Shown piece by piece: positions 10,810 to 20,562 of a stretch of 64,000 bases of DNA. The stretch is from assembly GCA_018608425.1 (NCBI GenBank), contig JABAZL010000167.1, forward strand, positions 18,611-82,610. The letters run 5' to 3'. This DNA comes from Flavobacteriaceae bacterium (lineage in GTDB: Bacteria; Bacteroidota; Bacteroidia; Flavobacteriales; Flavobacteriaceae). The stretch's first letter is position 1. Every line of letters starts with the position of its first letter. Both the position numbers and the translations under genes were made by a program. A model generated the notes under the pieces. That model was not told the origin of the DNA, did not search any database, and saw only the letters and a list, made by a program, of their open reading frames with translations.

Positions 10810-11283
10810 TTAATGGGACGTTTTTACATAAGCTGCTATAGCCTGTTCGTCCATTTGAACTGTTTTCCAGTCATCCAAAACATCTGCTCCACTTCTTTTA
10901 TAAAAATCCATTGCGTGGGTATTCCAATCCAAAACCACCCATTCAATTCTTTTAACTTGTTTTTCGGCAGCATAAGCAATAAAAGCAGTGTACAAATCTT
11001 TTCCAAATCCTTTACCTCTTTGGCTTTGTGTAACGATTAAATCTTCTAAATGAAACGTCGGGCCTTTCCATGTTGAATATCGAGGGTAAAAAAGTGCCAT
11101 TCCAACAACCTTACCTTCATCTTCGGCCACTAAACAATGGAATATAGAATTGGGGCCAAAGCCATCGCGTATGAGGTCATTTTCGGTGACAACAACTGCT
11201 TCCGGTTCATTTTCAAAATCGGCCAACTCTTGTATCAAACGTAAAGCAGAAGACATGTCTTCTTTTTGTGCAAAGCGAATCAT
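10810..11283 (-). CDS. GNAT acetyltransferase (spermidine/spermine acetyltransferase-like)
   Basis: YSTWKG, LEDLIV, QRGKGFG, VLDWN. Confidence 0.9.
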   Translation of the reverse strand: MIRFAQKEDMSSALRLIQELADFENEPEAVVVTENDLIRDGFGPNSIFHCLVAEDEGKVVGMALFYPRYSTWKGPTFHLEDLIVTQSQRGKGFGKDLYTAFIAYAAEKQVKRIEWVVLDWNTHAMDFYKRSGADVLDDWKTVQMDEQAIAAYVKTSH

Positions 11284-11380
11284 ATTGATAATTTAGATTG
11301 CTAAATTAAGAGTTCTTTTTGGAGCATTTAAATTTGTGGTTGATTATCACATTTTAAAGAAATACTGTGAAAATTTCGTT

Positions 11381-12151
11381 TTACTTCCACCAGGATTCAA
11401 TAGCCTCCAAAAAAGCAACTGGATTTTCTGCATGCAGCCAATGTCCAGCTTTCTCAATATCCTTTAAAACATTGTTTGGGAAATGGTGGTGAAGAATTAA
11501 GCGATCTTCATCGGTAATATAGCCCGATTGAAGCCCCCGAAGGAACAAAGTGGGGCCATCAAATTGCTGATGTGGTTCCAAACCAGTTCCAATGATTGTT
11601 CCTACGCCTTTTAAAACTTCAATATTAACACGAAGTCCAAGTTGCCCTTTTTCTACCCAATAAATGTTTTTTAATAAAAATTGTCTAACGCCAACTTCAG
11701 GCACATAGTCCGATAATGCTTGGTCTACTGCTGTACGTGTTTGAAGGGTTGAAAAATCTAAAGAGGCTAAACCGTTTAAGATTTGTTGGTGATGGGAAGC
11801 ATAGGTCTTGGGTGCTATATCTGCAACAAGCAATTGCTGAATATATTCTGGATTTTGAGTTGCAAAAAACATAGCTGTTTTTCCTCCCATAGAGTGACCC
11901 AAAAGGGTGCATTTTTGAATTTGATGATGGTCTAAATAGGTTTTTAAATCTTCCGCTAAAATCGAATAGTTGAATTCTGTTGACCAAAAGCTTCGCCCAT
12001 GATTTCTCTGATCAATCAAATGCACGCACCATCCTTGAGACTCCCATCTTTTGGCGTGTGTTTTCCAATTATCGCCCATGCCGAGAAAACCATGTAAGAC
12101 AATCAGGTGTCGCTCGCCACTTCCTAGTATTAAGCTGTGTAAAAGTTTCAT
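11381..12151 (-). CDS. Alpha/beta-hydrolase (YbfF-like esterase)
   Basis: LHGFLG, DQRNHGRS, GHSMGGK nucleophile elbow, AGHWLHAENP. Confidence 0.92.
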   Translation of the reverse strand: MKLLHSLILGSGERHLIVLHGFLGMGDNWKTHAKRWESQGWCVHLIDQRNHGRSFWSTEFNYSILAEDLKTYLDHHQIQKCTLLGHSMGGKTAMFFATQNPEYIQQLLVADIAPKTYASHHQQILNGLASLDFSTLQTRTAVDQALSDYVPEVGVRQFLLKNIYWVEKGQLGLRVNIEVLKGVGTIIGTGLEPHQQFDGPTLFLRGLQSGYITDEDRLILHHHFPNNVLKDIEKAGHWLHAENPVAFLEAIESWWK

Positions 12152-12864
12152 TGTGCTAAACGTTGAAGGTACATTGGAATTACATTTTCAAACCCGAGAT
12201 ACAAGGATTCACAAACCAAAGCATGGCCTATCGAAACCTCTAACAACTGCGGTATGTTTTGCGCAAAAAACTTGATGTTCTCTAAACTCAGGTCGTGTCC
12301 TGCATTGATCCCTAAACTCAATTCGTTTGCACGGATTGCAGCTTGAACGTATGGCGCTATTGCTTTTTCTGCATTTGTGGCATATCCATCGGCATAGGCT
12401 TCGGTATACAACTCAATTCGGTCTGCCCCTGTAGCAACGGCACCTTCAATCATTCTGATATCAGGATCAACAAAAATAGATGTTCGAATTCCTGCAGCTT
12501 TAAAGTCTTGGATTACGCTTTTTAAAAAATCTAAATTCGCATGGGTATCCCAACCAGCATTCGATGTCAACGCATCAACAGCATCGGGAACTAAAGTAAC
12601 CTGTGTTGGGCGAATGTCGAGTACCATTTTAACAAACTCAGGAATTGGGTTTCCTTCAATATTATACTCGGTAGTAACTACCTTTGGAAGTGCATGTGCA
12701 TCGGCATACCGAATATGACGTTGATCAGGACGAGGATGAACAGTAATCCCTTCTGCACCATAAGACTGTAAATCGGAAGCTACCTTCAGAAGGTCTGGGG
12801 CGTTACCACCTCTTGAATTACGAAGTGTGGCTATTTTATTAATGTTAACACTGAGCTTGGTCAT
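12148..12864 (-). CDS. pdxJ: Pyridoxine 5'-phosphate synthase
   Basis: LSVNINKIATLRNSRG, ITVHPRPDQRHI, IELYT, NAGHDL, EVSIGHAL. Confidence 0.97.
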   Translation of the reverse strand: MTKLSVNINKIATLRNSRGGNAPDLLKVASDLQSYGAEGITVHPRPDQRHIRYADAHALPKVVTTEYNIEGNPIPEFVKMVLDIRPTQVTLVPDAVDALTSNAGWDTHANLDFLKSVIQDFKAAGIRTSIFVDPDIRMIEGAVATGADRIELYTEAYADGYATNAEKAIAPYVQAAIRANELSLGINAGHDLSLENIKFFAQNIPQLLEVSIGHALVCESLYLGFENVIPMYLQRLAQ

Positions 12865-12966
12865 TGTTTTTTTTGTAAAATTACAAACTTCCCCTAATGA
12901 ATCCCAAGAGATTGTTCGAGAATATGACGTTTAAAAAATGTAGAACAAGTAGTACATAAGTTTTTG

Positions 12967-12974
12967 TACTTTTG
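12967..12974 (+). promoter_or_regulatory. -7 box (TACTTTTG) for the nadK-porG-uppS-bamA operon
   Basis: TAnnTTTG 16 nt upstream of nadK ATG. Confidence 0.6.
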
Positions 12975-12990
12975 AAACAAAGATAGCGTT

Positions 12991-13863
12991 ATGAAGATTG
13001 CGGTTATATGCCCATTTCAAAATGAACACTCCCGAGGGTATGCACAAGGTGTAATAGAGCATTTGCTTGAACGAAAAGTAACCGTTCTAGTAGATTCTAA
13101 AATGGAACATTTCTTGGAAGACCCAGACATGGCTTCGTATGCATCTGTATTTGAAACGCTTCCGCTTGATACTGATTTCTTGTTTTGCATAGGTGGAGAT
13201 GGCTCTATGCTTAGAGCAATTATGACAGTAAAAGACAGTAATGTTCCTATTCTGGGAATCAATACTGGGAGGCTGGGTTTTTTGACTAGTCTACAAAAAG
13301 AATCTTTGAATGTTGGTTTAAAACAATTGTGGGAAAATAAGTACTCCATCATCGACCGAAGTCTTTTGGAAGTAAAACTCCCTGAAGCTAATGAAGCGAT
13401 TGATTCCTTTCCGTATGCCTTAAACGAAATTAGTGTAAACCGAAAAAACACAGCCTCTTTAATTAGTGTCAATACGCGCCTTGACAACGAACCCTTGACA
13501 ACCTATTGGGCCGATGGCCTGATCATTTCGACTCCAACAGGATCAACAGGGTACTCGCTTAGTAGTGGTGGACCGATCATGTCGCCTCAAACAGCGGGTT
13601 TTGTCCTAACCCCCATTGCGCCACATAACCTCAACATACGACCACTCATTATACCCAACACTACCACTGTAGAACTGGAGGTTACTGGAAGAGGAGAAGA
13701 TCACTTACTTTCTCTGGATTCGAGAATCATAACGGTTAATCAAGAAACCCGTATTCAAGTAAAAAAAGCTCCTTTTACACTTGCAACTGTCGAACTTCAC
13801 GACAATGCATTTTTCAAAACCTTACGCGACAAACTTTTCTGGGGGTTTGACACTAGAAATTAG
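12991..13863 (+). CDS. nadK: NAD kinase
   Basis: GGDGS, GINTGRLGFL, LNE, ADGLIISTPTGSTGYSLSSGGP. Confidence 0.96.
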   Translation: MKIAVICPFQNEHSRGYAQGVIEHLLERKVTVLVDSKMEHFLEDPDMASYASVFETLPLDTDFLFCIGGDGSMLRAIMTVKDSNVPILGINTGRLGFLTSLQKESLNVGLKQLWENKYSIIDRSLLEVKLPEANEAIDSFPYALNEISVNRKNTASLISVNTRLDNEPLTTYWADGLIISTPTGSTGYSLSSGGPIMSPQTAGFVLTPIAPHNLNIRPLIIPNTTTVELEVTGRGEDHLLSLDSRIITVNQETRIQVKKAPFTLATVELHDNAFFKTLRDKLFWGFDTRN

Positions 13864-13949
13864 GCAATATTTTCATCAAAATGCAGTTTAGAGTAAAGGA
13901 ACATCCTTGTTTTGGATGAACCATAAACACTAGCGTTTCCCAGATTCTG

Positions 13950-14651
13950 ATGAAAAGAATTTTGCTTATTTGCTGTATAGTGCTCCTCCCGCTTATTTCT
14001 AACGCTCAAATGCATGAAGTAGGTCTGTTTCTTGGGGGTAGCAATCTTATTGGTGATATTGGATCTCGAAAATTCATCAATACAAAAGCACCGGCCTTTG
14101 GAATCATTTATAAATACAACATTACAACACGCTATTCTTTTCGAGGGAGTTTTTCCTATTCTAACATAGTGAATAAAAACTTTTATACAAATGACCTCAA
14201 CCGTTTCCGAACGTTTTTAAGTGTTTCCAATCAGATTACAGAATTCTCTGCGGGAGTAGAATTCAACTTTTTTGACTTTAACCAACATGATCAGGAGATT
14301 TACATTACACCTTATGTCTATCTCGGATTGAACTATTTTCGTTATAATTTGTTCTACATTGACCGAAATCAGCCCTTAATCCTAACCGAATACGACAAAG
14401 ACCTTGAGTTTTCTATCCCGCTCACCGTAGGAATGAAAGCAAAATTGAGTCCACAATTTGTACTTGGTTTTGAGATTGGAGCTCGGTATGCACTGACAGA
14501 CAACCTAGATGGCAGTAATCCAGTTGATGAATTTGAAGCAAATCCAAATTTCAAACACGGTGCACTTTATAATAATGACTGGTATGTTTTTACTGGTTTA
14601 ACATTAAGTTTTACCTTTGGGCGATTACCATGTTATTGTAAAGAAAAATAA
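13950..14651 (+). CDS. porG: DUF6089 / PorG-like outer-membrane beta-barrel protein
   Basis: Signal peptide, EVGLFLGGSNLIGD, TDNLDG, NDWYVFTG, C-terminal CYC; conserved position ahead of uppS-bamA-skp. Confidence 0.75.
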   Translation: MKRILLICCIVLLPLISNAQMHEVGLFLGGSNLIGDIGSRKFINTKAPAFGIIYKYNITTRYSFRGSFSYSNIVNKNFYTNDLNRFRTFLSVSNQITEFSAGVEFNFFDFNQHDQEIYITPYVYLGLNYFRYNLFYIDRNQPLILTEYDKDLEFSIPLTVGMKAKLSPQFVLGFEIGARYALTDNLDGSNPVDEFEANPNFKHGALYNNDWYVFTGLTLSFTFGRLPCYCKEK

Positions 14652-15382
14652 TGAACATTGAACGAACTAATATACCCGAACATATTGCCATTATAATGGA
14701 TGGGAATGGACGTTGGGCGAAAGCCCAAGGGCAAAATCGATTTTTTGGCCATAGAAGTGGAGTCAAAGCGGTTCAAAAGATTGTTGAAGAGTCTGCACGT
14801 TTGGGGATAAAAAACCTTACCCTTTTTGCTTTTTCTACTGAAAACTGGAAGCGACCTCAAACTGAGGTGAACACCTTAATGAATCTGTTAGTCAAATCAT
14901 TACGGAAAGAGTTGAATCAAATGGTTCAGAACGATATTCGGTTAAATGCTGTTGGAAATTTAAGTGCACTCCCAGAAGCTGTTCAAGCTGAATTAAATGA
15001 GACCATAGAAAAGACAAAAAACAATTCTGGGATGACCCTAACCTTAGCCCTGAATTATGGTGGCAAAGAGGAACTTACTCAAGCGTTTAGGGAGATTGCG
15101 ATTAAAGTTAAAAATAATATAATTTCTCCTGAAAATGTTGATGAAACCATAATAAATAAGCATCTTTACACGCGAAATTTACCTGATGTAGATTTATTAA
15201 TTCGAACTAGTGGTGAGCAAAGAATCAGCAACTTTTTGCTCTGGAAAATAGCCTATGCGGAGCTTTATTTTTCTAAAGTACTTTGGCCCGAGTTTGATGA
15301 ATCACAATTACATCTAGCAATACATAATTACCAAAAACGAGAACGTAGATTTGGAAAAACAAGCGAACAACTCAAGGCTTAA
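14651..15382 (+). CDS. uppS: Undecaprenyl diphosphate synthase
   Basis: HIAIIMDGNGRWA, FSTENWKRP, LLIRTSGEQRISNFLLW, RERRFG. Confidence 0.97.
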   Translation: MNIERTNIPEHIAIIMDGNGRWAKAQGQNRFFGHRSGVKAVQKIVEESARLGIKNLTLFAFSTENWKRPQTEVNTLMNLLVKSLRKELNQMVQNDIRLNAVGNLSALPEAVQAELNETIEKTKNNSGMTLTLALNYGGKEELTQAFREIAIKVKNNIISPENVDETIINKHLYTRNLPDVDLLIRTSGEQRISNFLLWKIAYAELYFSKVLWPEFDESQLHLAIHNYQKRERRFGKTSEQLKA

Positions 15383-17948
15383 GCCTTCTTACAACAACAT
15401 ATTACTTATACTTATATCATTAGTAATGTTATTGGGCGGTACAGCCGTCAATGCTCAAGTCCCAGCTGTTGCACCCTCAGCTTACGAAACGTCAAAGAAA
15501 TACACTATTGACTCTATCAAAGTAACGGGACTGAAGAGCTATAGTGCAAAGACTGTAATTTCATACAGTGGACTGCGTAAAGGGCAAACCATTCAAGTTC
15601 CAGGAGAAGAGGTTAGCTCGATAATTCAAAAGCTTTGGAATTTAGATCTTTTCAGTGATATCAATTTTTATATAGCAGACATCAAGGGGAATCTAATTAC
15701 GCTTGAAATTGAAATTGCAGAACTACCCACGCTTTCAGACGTCAAAATTGTTGGTGTTAAAAAAAATAAAGCAGAATCTTTAATAAAAGATACTGAATTG
15801 ACAAAAGGCAAAAAACTCTCCGAAAGTTTTTTAACCAACACCAAAAACTACATTGTAAATAAATACAAAAAAGAAGGCTACCTCAACACTAAAGTAGTTC
15901 TCAATACAATTCCAGATTCTACTGCACAAAACGTATTGAAAATGGTCGTTAATATCGATCGAGGAAATCGTGTTAAAATTAAATCAATTGATTTTGAGGG
16001 TGTTGAGAAATTTAGTACTCAGAAGCTAGCAGCTCAATTCAAAAATACCAAGAAGAAAAATATTTTCCGTTTTTGGAAAAAATCAAAATACATCAGTAAA
16101 GATTACAAAGAAGATTTAACTTCATTAATTGATTTTTACAAAGAAAAAGGATATCGAGATGCTCGTATTTTATCAGATACCATAATCGATGCTGATAATA
16201 CAGATCTTGCAATTAAGCTGAAATTAGAAGAAGGTAATCGATATTACTTTGGAGACATCAAGTACCTCGGAAACGCTGCCTATACCGACCGTATCCTTGC
16301 TTCTGTTTTAGGGATTAAAAAAGGAGACACCTACAATGGTATTCTTTTGAAAGAAAGAATTGCAGACGACACCAAGCCAGATGGTAACGACATTACTAAT
16401 TTATACCAGAACAGCGGTTATCTTTTCTCCAACATCAACGCCGTTGAAGTAAGTGCCGAAAATGATACCATCAATTTTGAGATTCGAGTGACCGAAGGAA
16501 AGCTTGCTTCCTTTAACAAAATTACGGTAATCGGAAATGACAAAACCAATGATCATGTGATCTTTAGAGAATTGCGAACCAAGCCAGGAGAGCTTTACAG
16601 TAAAGATAAAGTTGTCCGTACCGTAAGAGAATTAGGGCAACTAGGTTTTTTCGATGCTGAACAAATCAATCCGGATTTTAAAAACGTTGATCCCAATGCA
16701 GGTACTGTTGATATCGAGTTTGGATTAGAAGAATCTGGAGCCAGTCAAATTGAGCTGCAAGGAGGTTATGGTGGCGGAGGTTTCATCGGAACGCTTGGTC
16801 TATCGTTCAACAACTTTTCGATGCGTAATATTTTTGACAAAAAGTCTTACAAACCTGTACCCTCTGGAGATGGTCAATCGCTAAGTCTTCGTTTGCAGGC
16901 AAGTCAATTCTACAACACCTATAGTTTTTCGTTTTCAGAGCCTTGGCTCGGAGGAAGACAACCGGTTCAGTTTTCTACTTCCCTTTCGAGAACAAATCAG
17001 TTTCGATATGACTATTTCACACAGAGAGCCGATAAAAGTCAATCCTTTCAGATCAGTAGTATTACTGTAGGTCTTGCAAAAAGATTACGTGTGCCTGACG
17101 ATTTTTTCACACTTTCACAAGCAGTATCGTTTCAATACTATAACTTACAGAATTATTTTACAGGTCTCTTTACGTTTGGAAATGGAGAATCAAACAACAT
17201 AGCCTATACCGTTTCACTTGCTCGTAACAACACCTCTGTGAATCCGATTTTTCCAACTGGAGGATCAAGTTTTTTGATTAGTGCGAAATTCACCCCGCCG
17301 TTTTCCTTATTCAATGATACCGATTATGCTAATCTAGAAAACTTATCAGAATACAAAACGCTAAATGCCGCAGGAGAATTGGTTGCAGATCAAGCCAAAA
17401 TCGATCAAGAAAAATTCCGTTGGTTAGAATTCTATAAGATCAAATTCAATGGAACTTGGTACTCTCGTATCATCGGAAAATTAGTGTTAAAAACACAAGC
17501 TGATTTTGGATTCTTAGGAACTTACAATAAAGACCGTGGTGCAATTCCGTTTGAACGTTTCTACCTTGGGGGTGACGGAATGGCTAACTACTCGCTCGAT
17601 GGGAGAGAAACGATTGCCTTACGAGGATACGAGAATCAATCTTTATCGACCAACGACGGATCTACGATTTACAATAAGTTCTCTTTGGAACTTCGATACC
17701 CAATTACACTCAAACCAAGTGCTTCTATATATGCGCTTAGTTTTCTCGAAGCTGGTAATGGATACAATAGCTTCAGTGATTTCAACCCGTTCAATTCTAA
17801 GCGTTCTGCTGGGGCCGGGATACGAATCTTCATGCCCGCCTTTGGTCTCTTAGGAATCGATTTCGGATATGGATTCGACGCTGCAAATGCGCAAGACACA
17901 AGTCCTCACGGATGGGAAACACACTTTATAATTGGACAACAATTCTAA
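15351..17948 (+). CDS. bamA: Outer membrane protein assembly factor BamA
   Basis: POTRA repeats, ELQGGYGG, RFYLGGDG...LRGY, GIDFGYGFD, C-terminal HFIIGQQF; TTG start overlaps uppS. Confidence 0.95.
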   Translation: MEKQANNSRLKPSYNNILLILISLVMLLGGTAVNAQVPAVAPSAYETSKKYTIDSIKVTGLKSYSAKTVISYSGLRKGQTIQVPGEEVSSIIQKLWNLDLFSDINFYIADIKGNLITLEIEIAELPTLSDVKIVGVKKNKAESLIKDTELTKGKKLSESFLTNTKNYIVNKYKKEGYLNTKVVLNTIPDSTAQNVLKMVVNIDRGNRVKIKSIDFEGVEKFSTQKLAAQFKNTKKKNIFRFWKKSKYISKDYKEDLTSLIDFYKEKGYRDARILSDTIIDADNTDLAIKLKLEEGNRYYFGDIKYLGNAAYTDRILASVLGIKKGDTYNGILLKERIADDTKPDGNDITNLYQNSGYLFSNINAVEVSAENDTINFEIRVTEGKLASFNKITVIGNDKTNDHVIFRELRTKPGELYSKDKVVRTVRELGQLGFFDAEQINPDFKNVDPNAGTVDIEFGLEESGASQIELQGGYGGGGFIGTLGLSFNNFSMRNIFDKKSYKPVPSGDGQSLSLRLQASQFYNTYSFSFSEPWLGGRQPVQFSTSLSRTNQFRYDYFTQRADKSQSFQISSITVGLAKRLRVPDDFFTLSQAVSFQYYNLQNYFTGLFTFGNGESNNIAYTVSLARNNTSVNPIFPTGGSSFLISAKFTPPFSLFNDTDYANLENLSEYKTLNAAGELVADQAKIDQEKFRWLEFYKIKFNGTWYSRIIGKLVLKTQADFGFLGTYNKDRGAIPFERFYLGGDGMANYSLDGRETIALRGYENQSLSTNDGSTIYNKFSLELRYPITLKPSASIYALSFLEAGNGYNSFSDFNPFNSKRSAGAGIRIFMPAFGLLGIDFGYGFDAANAQDTSPHGWETHFIIGQQF

Positions 17949-17949
17949 A

Positions 17950-18564
17950 ATGAAAAGATTTAGCTCCTTCCTACTTTTCCTAACCTTGTTGTGTACACAA
18001 ATCAATTGGGCACAACGTGGAGTTCGTATAGGTTATATCGATATGGATGTAATTTTAGAAAATGTAGATGAATACAAAACTGCAAATCAACTGCTGAATA
18101 AGAAAGTTGAATCGTGGAAAAAGGAAATTGAATTACAGAAATTACAGCTAAAAAAGCTAGAGGATGCCCTCAATGCAGAAAAAGCATTGTTAACTCCAAA
18201 CCTAATTTCGGATCGCGAACAAGAAATCAATGGTTTTGCAAATGATATTGTAAATCTACAAACACAGAAATTTGGACCAGGTGGTGCTTTGATGCTTCAA
18301 AAGTCTAAACTTTTAAAGCCGATTCAGGATCGTGTATTGGGAATTGTACGTGAAATAGCGCAAGAAAGAAAATATGATTTCATTTTCGACAGATCTTCGG
18401 ACTTGGTTATGTTATATTCCGCAAAAAATTACGATATTAGCGACCTAGTTTTGAGAAAAATAAATGCTCAAGATCGAATTGAAGATCGAAAAGCACAACT
18501 CAATAAAAGAAAAGAACAAATTAATAAAGCCAAAGAACAAGTTAAAAAACTAAAAAAGAATTAA
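17950..18564 (+). CDS. OmpH/Skp periplasmic chaperone 1 (start moved to ATG 17950)
   Basis: RIGYIDM, KFGPGG, LKPIQD, YDFIFD, YDISDLV. Confidence 0.9.
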   Translation: MKRFSSFLLFLTLLCTQINWAQRGVRIGYIDMDVILENVDEYKTANQLLNKKVESWKKEIELQKLQLKKLEDALNAEKALLTPNLISDREQEINGFANDIVNLQTQKFGPGGALMLQKSKLLKPIQDRVLGIVREIAQERKYDFIFDRSSDLVMLYSAKNYDISDLVLRKINAQDRIEDRKAQLNKRKEQINKAKEQVKKLKKN

Positions 18565-18590
18565 TAATATTCTCAAATAAATTTAAAACA

Positions 18591-19100
18591 ATGAAGAATT
18601 TAAAATCACTTTTACTTGCTACCTTAATGATTGCATTGCCTTTGACTGCTACTTTTGCACAGTCTAAGATTGCTCACATTGACACTCAAAAATTGATTAG
18701 TGAAATGCCAGAAGTTATCGCTGCACAAAAACAACTTCAAGCAGTTGAAGAAACATACACTAAAGAAATTGAAAACACATACAAAGAGTTTACTACTAAA
18801 GCTCAATCGTATTCTGCAGATGCAGCTAACCAAACGGACGTAACCAACCAAGCACGTCAAACAGAATTAGAGAGTATGCAACAAAACATTCAAAAGTATC
18901 GTGAAACTGCTGCACAAGATTTGCAGAAAAAACAAGGTGAAATGATGCGTCCTTTATACGAAAAAGCAAGAGCAGCTATTGAAAGAATTGCTTCAGCTCA
19001 AGGTTATGACTACGTTCTTGATGCAAGTGCAGGCGGAAGTGTAATTATGTCTAAAGGAAAAGACTTAATGGCTGACGTAAAAGCTGAATTAGGATTCTAG
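18591..19100 (+). CDS. OmpH/Skp periplasmic chaperone 2
   Basis: Signal peptide, KIAHID, MPE, GYDYVLD, VKAELGF. Confidence 0.92.
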   Translation: MKNLKSLLLATLMIALPLTATFAQSKIAHIDTQKLISEMPEVIAAQKQLQAVEETYTKEIENTYKEFTTKAQSYSADAANQTDVTNQARQTELESMQQNIQKYRETAAQDLQKKQGEMMRPLYEKARAAIERIASAQGYDYVLDASAGGSVIMSKGKDLMADVKAELGF

Positions 19101-19127
19101 AAGAACATCCTAACCACACAAATCTAG

Positions 19128-19161
19128 ACTGCCTTATATTAATATAAGGCAGTTTTTTTTT
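19128..19161 (+). terminator. Intrinsic terminator after the skp genes
   Basis: Perfect 26-bp palindrome ACTGCCTTATATT/AATATAAGGCAGT followed by a T tract. Confidence 0.85.
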
Positions 19162-19164
19162 ACC

Positions 19165-19962
19165 ATGAAAACAAATAGAAATTCTTTTATTGGCGTATTC
19201 GATTCTGGTGTAGGCGGATTAACACTTTTACCAGCACTACAATTCATATTACCACACGAACAGTTTCTCTATGTTTCGGATGATGCGCATGCCCCTTACG
19301 GTGGAAAAAGCAAAGAAGAAATAACAGAACGTTGTAACATTGTAGTTCAATCCTTGATCGATAAAGGTTGTAAAATTATAATCGTTGCCTGTAATACGGC
19401 GACAACAAATGCAATCGAAACCTTAAGAGCTACCTACTCCATTCCTTTCATAGGAATTGAACCAGCCATTAAACCAGCAGCGCTAAAGAGTAAAACTAAG
19501 GTTGTAGGTGTTTTAGCAACCCAAGGCACCCTCAGTAGCGCATTGTTCGCTAAGACCAGTGCAGCTTTTACACAAGATATTCTTGTTATAGAGCAAATTG
19601 GTAGTGGATTAGTAGAGGCTATAGAAACGGGTTCATTAGACAATCCCAAGCTCACTAAACTTGTGCGTTCTTATATAAATCCTATGCTAGAGCAAGAAAT
19701 GGATACACTTGTTTTGGGATGCACACATTACCCATTCCTGTTGCCTTTGCTTAAAAAAATACTTCCAAGTAATATTCAGATTATTGATAGTGCAGAAGCA
19801 GTTGCAAAACAAACCCATCGAATCTTAGAAAAAAATCAACTGATCTGTCAAACCAAAGAAACAGGAAATATTCGGTATTTCAGTTCTGCAAAAAACTCAA
19901 CATTGATGCGTTTTATTCCAAAAGAAACAGAAATACTGTCGCTTACTTCGAATCTGTTTTAA
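19165..19962 (+). CDS. murI: Glutamate racemase
   Basis: FDSGVGGL, PYG, ACNTAT, LGCTHYP. Confidence 0.97.
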   Translation: MKTNRNSFIGVFDSGVGGLTLLPALQFILPHEQFLYVSDDAHAPYGGKSKEEITERCNIVVQSLIDKGCKIIIVACNTATTNAIETLRATYSIPFIGIEPAIKPAALKSKTKVVGVLATQGTLSSALFAKTSAAFTQDILVIEQIGSGLVEAIETGSLDNPKLTKLVRSYINPMLEQEMDTLVLGCTHYPFLLPLLKKILPSNIQIIDSAEAVAKQTHRILEKNQLICQTKETGNIRYFSSAKNSTLMRFIPKETEILSLTSNLF

Positions 19963-20464
19963 ACCAGCTGGAATACATTAAATAATTTTTAGCAATACGT
20001 TCAATCTCACCTTTTTGTAATTTAGGATCTATATCTTTTATTTTTCGAGCAGGAATTCCAGCAAAGATGGTTCCCTCAGGAACATGGGTGTTTTGAGTAA
20101 CAACGCTTCCAGCTGCAATTATACTATTGGATTCGACAATACAATTATCCATGATGATACTTCCCATACCGACCAACACACTGTCTTTTAAAGTACACCC
20201 ATGAACAATGGCATTGTGGCCTATTGAAACATCGTCTCCAATTATAGTTGCTGCCTTTTCGTAGGTTGCATGAATTACGGCTCCATCTTGAATATTAACT
20301 CGATTCCCTATTCGAATTGCATTTACATCTGCTCGAATCACAGCCTGATACCATACCGAGCATTGATCTCCCATGATTAAATCTCCTATGAGGGTTGCGT
20401 TTTCTGCAACGAAGCAGTCAGATCCCCACTGGGGAGTGAAACCGCGGACAGTTTTGATGAGCAT
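19943..20464 (-). CDS. Gamma carbonic anhydrase family hexapeptide-repeat protein
   Basis: IRADVN, NIQDGAVIH, IGHNAIVHGC. Confidence 0.93.
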   Translation of the reverse strand: MLIKTVRGFTPQWGSDCFVAENATLIGDLIMGDQCSVWYQAVIRADVNAIRIGNRVNIQDGAVIHATYEKAATIIGDDVSIGHNAIVHGCTLKDSVLVGMGSIIMDNCIVESNSIIAAGSVVTQNTHVPEGTIFAGIPARKIKDIDPKLQKGEIERIAKNYLMYSSWFKTDSK

Positions 20465-20541
20465 GATTTTCTTTTAACCGAAGATACTACTTTCATAAAA
20501 ATGAAACACACTAAAACGTTCCGAGAGATTGATGTTTTGTG

Positions 20542-20549
20542 TATTTTTG
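20542..20549 (+). promoter_or_regulatory. -7 box (TATTTTTG) for nfuA
   Basis: TAnnTTTG lies inside the first codons of the ORF-track call, supporting a true start at ATG 20563. Confidence 0.6.
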
Positions 20550-20562
20550 TAAAAAATTTGCA

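Noticed and set aside
15351-15382. 32-bp overlap of bamA with uppS
   Set aside because: Recalled as a conserved arrangement in this family.
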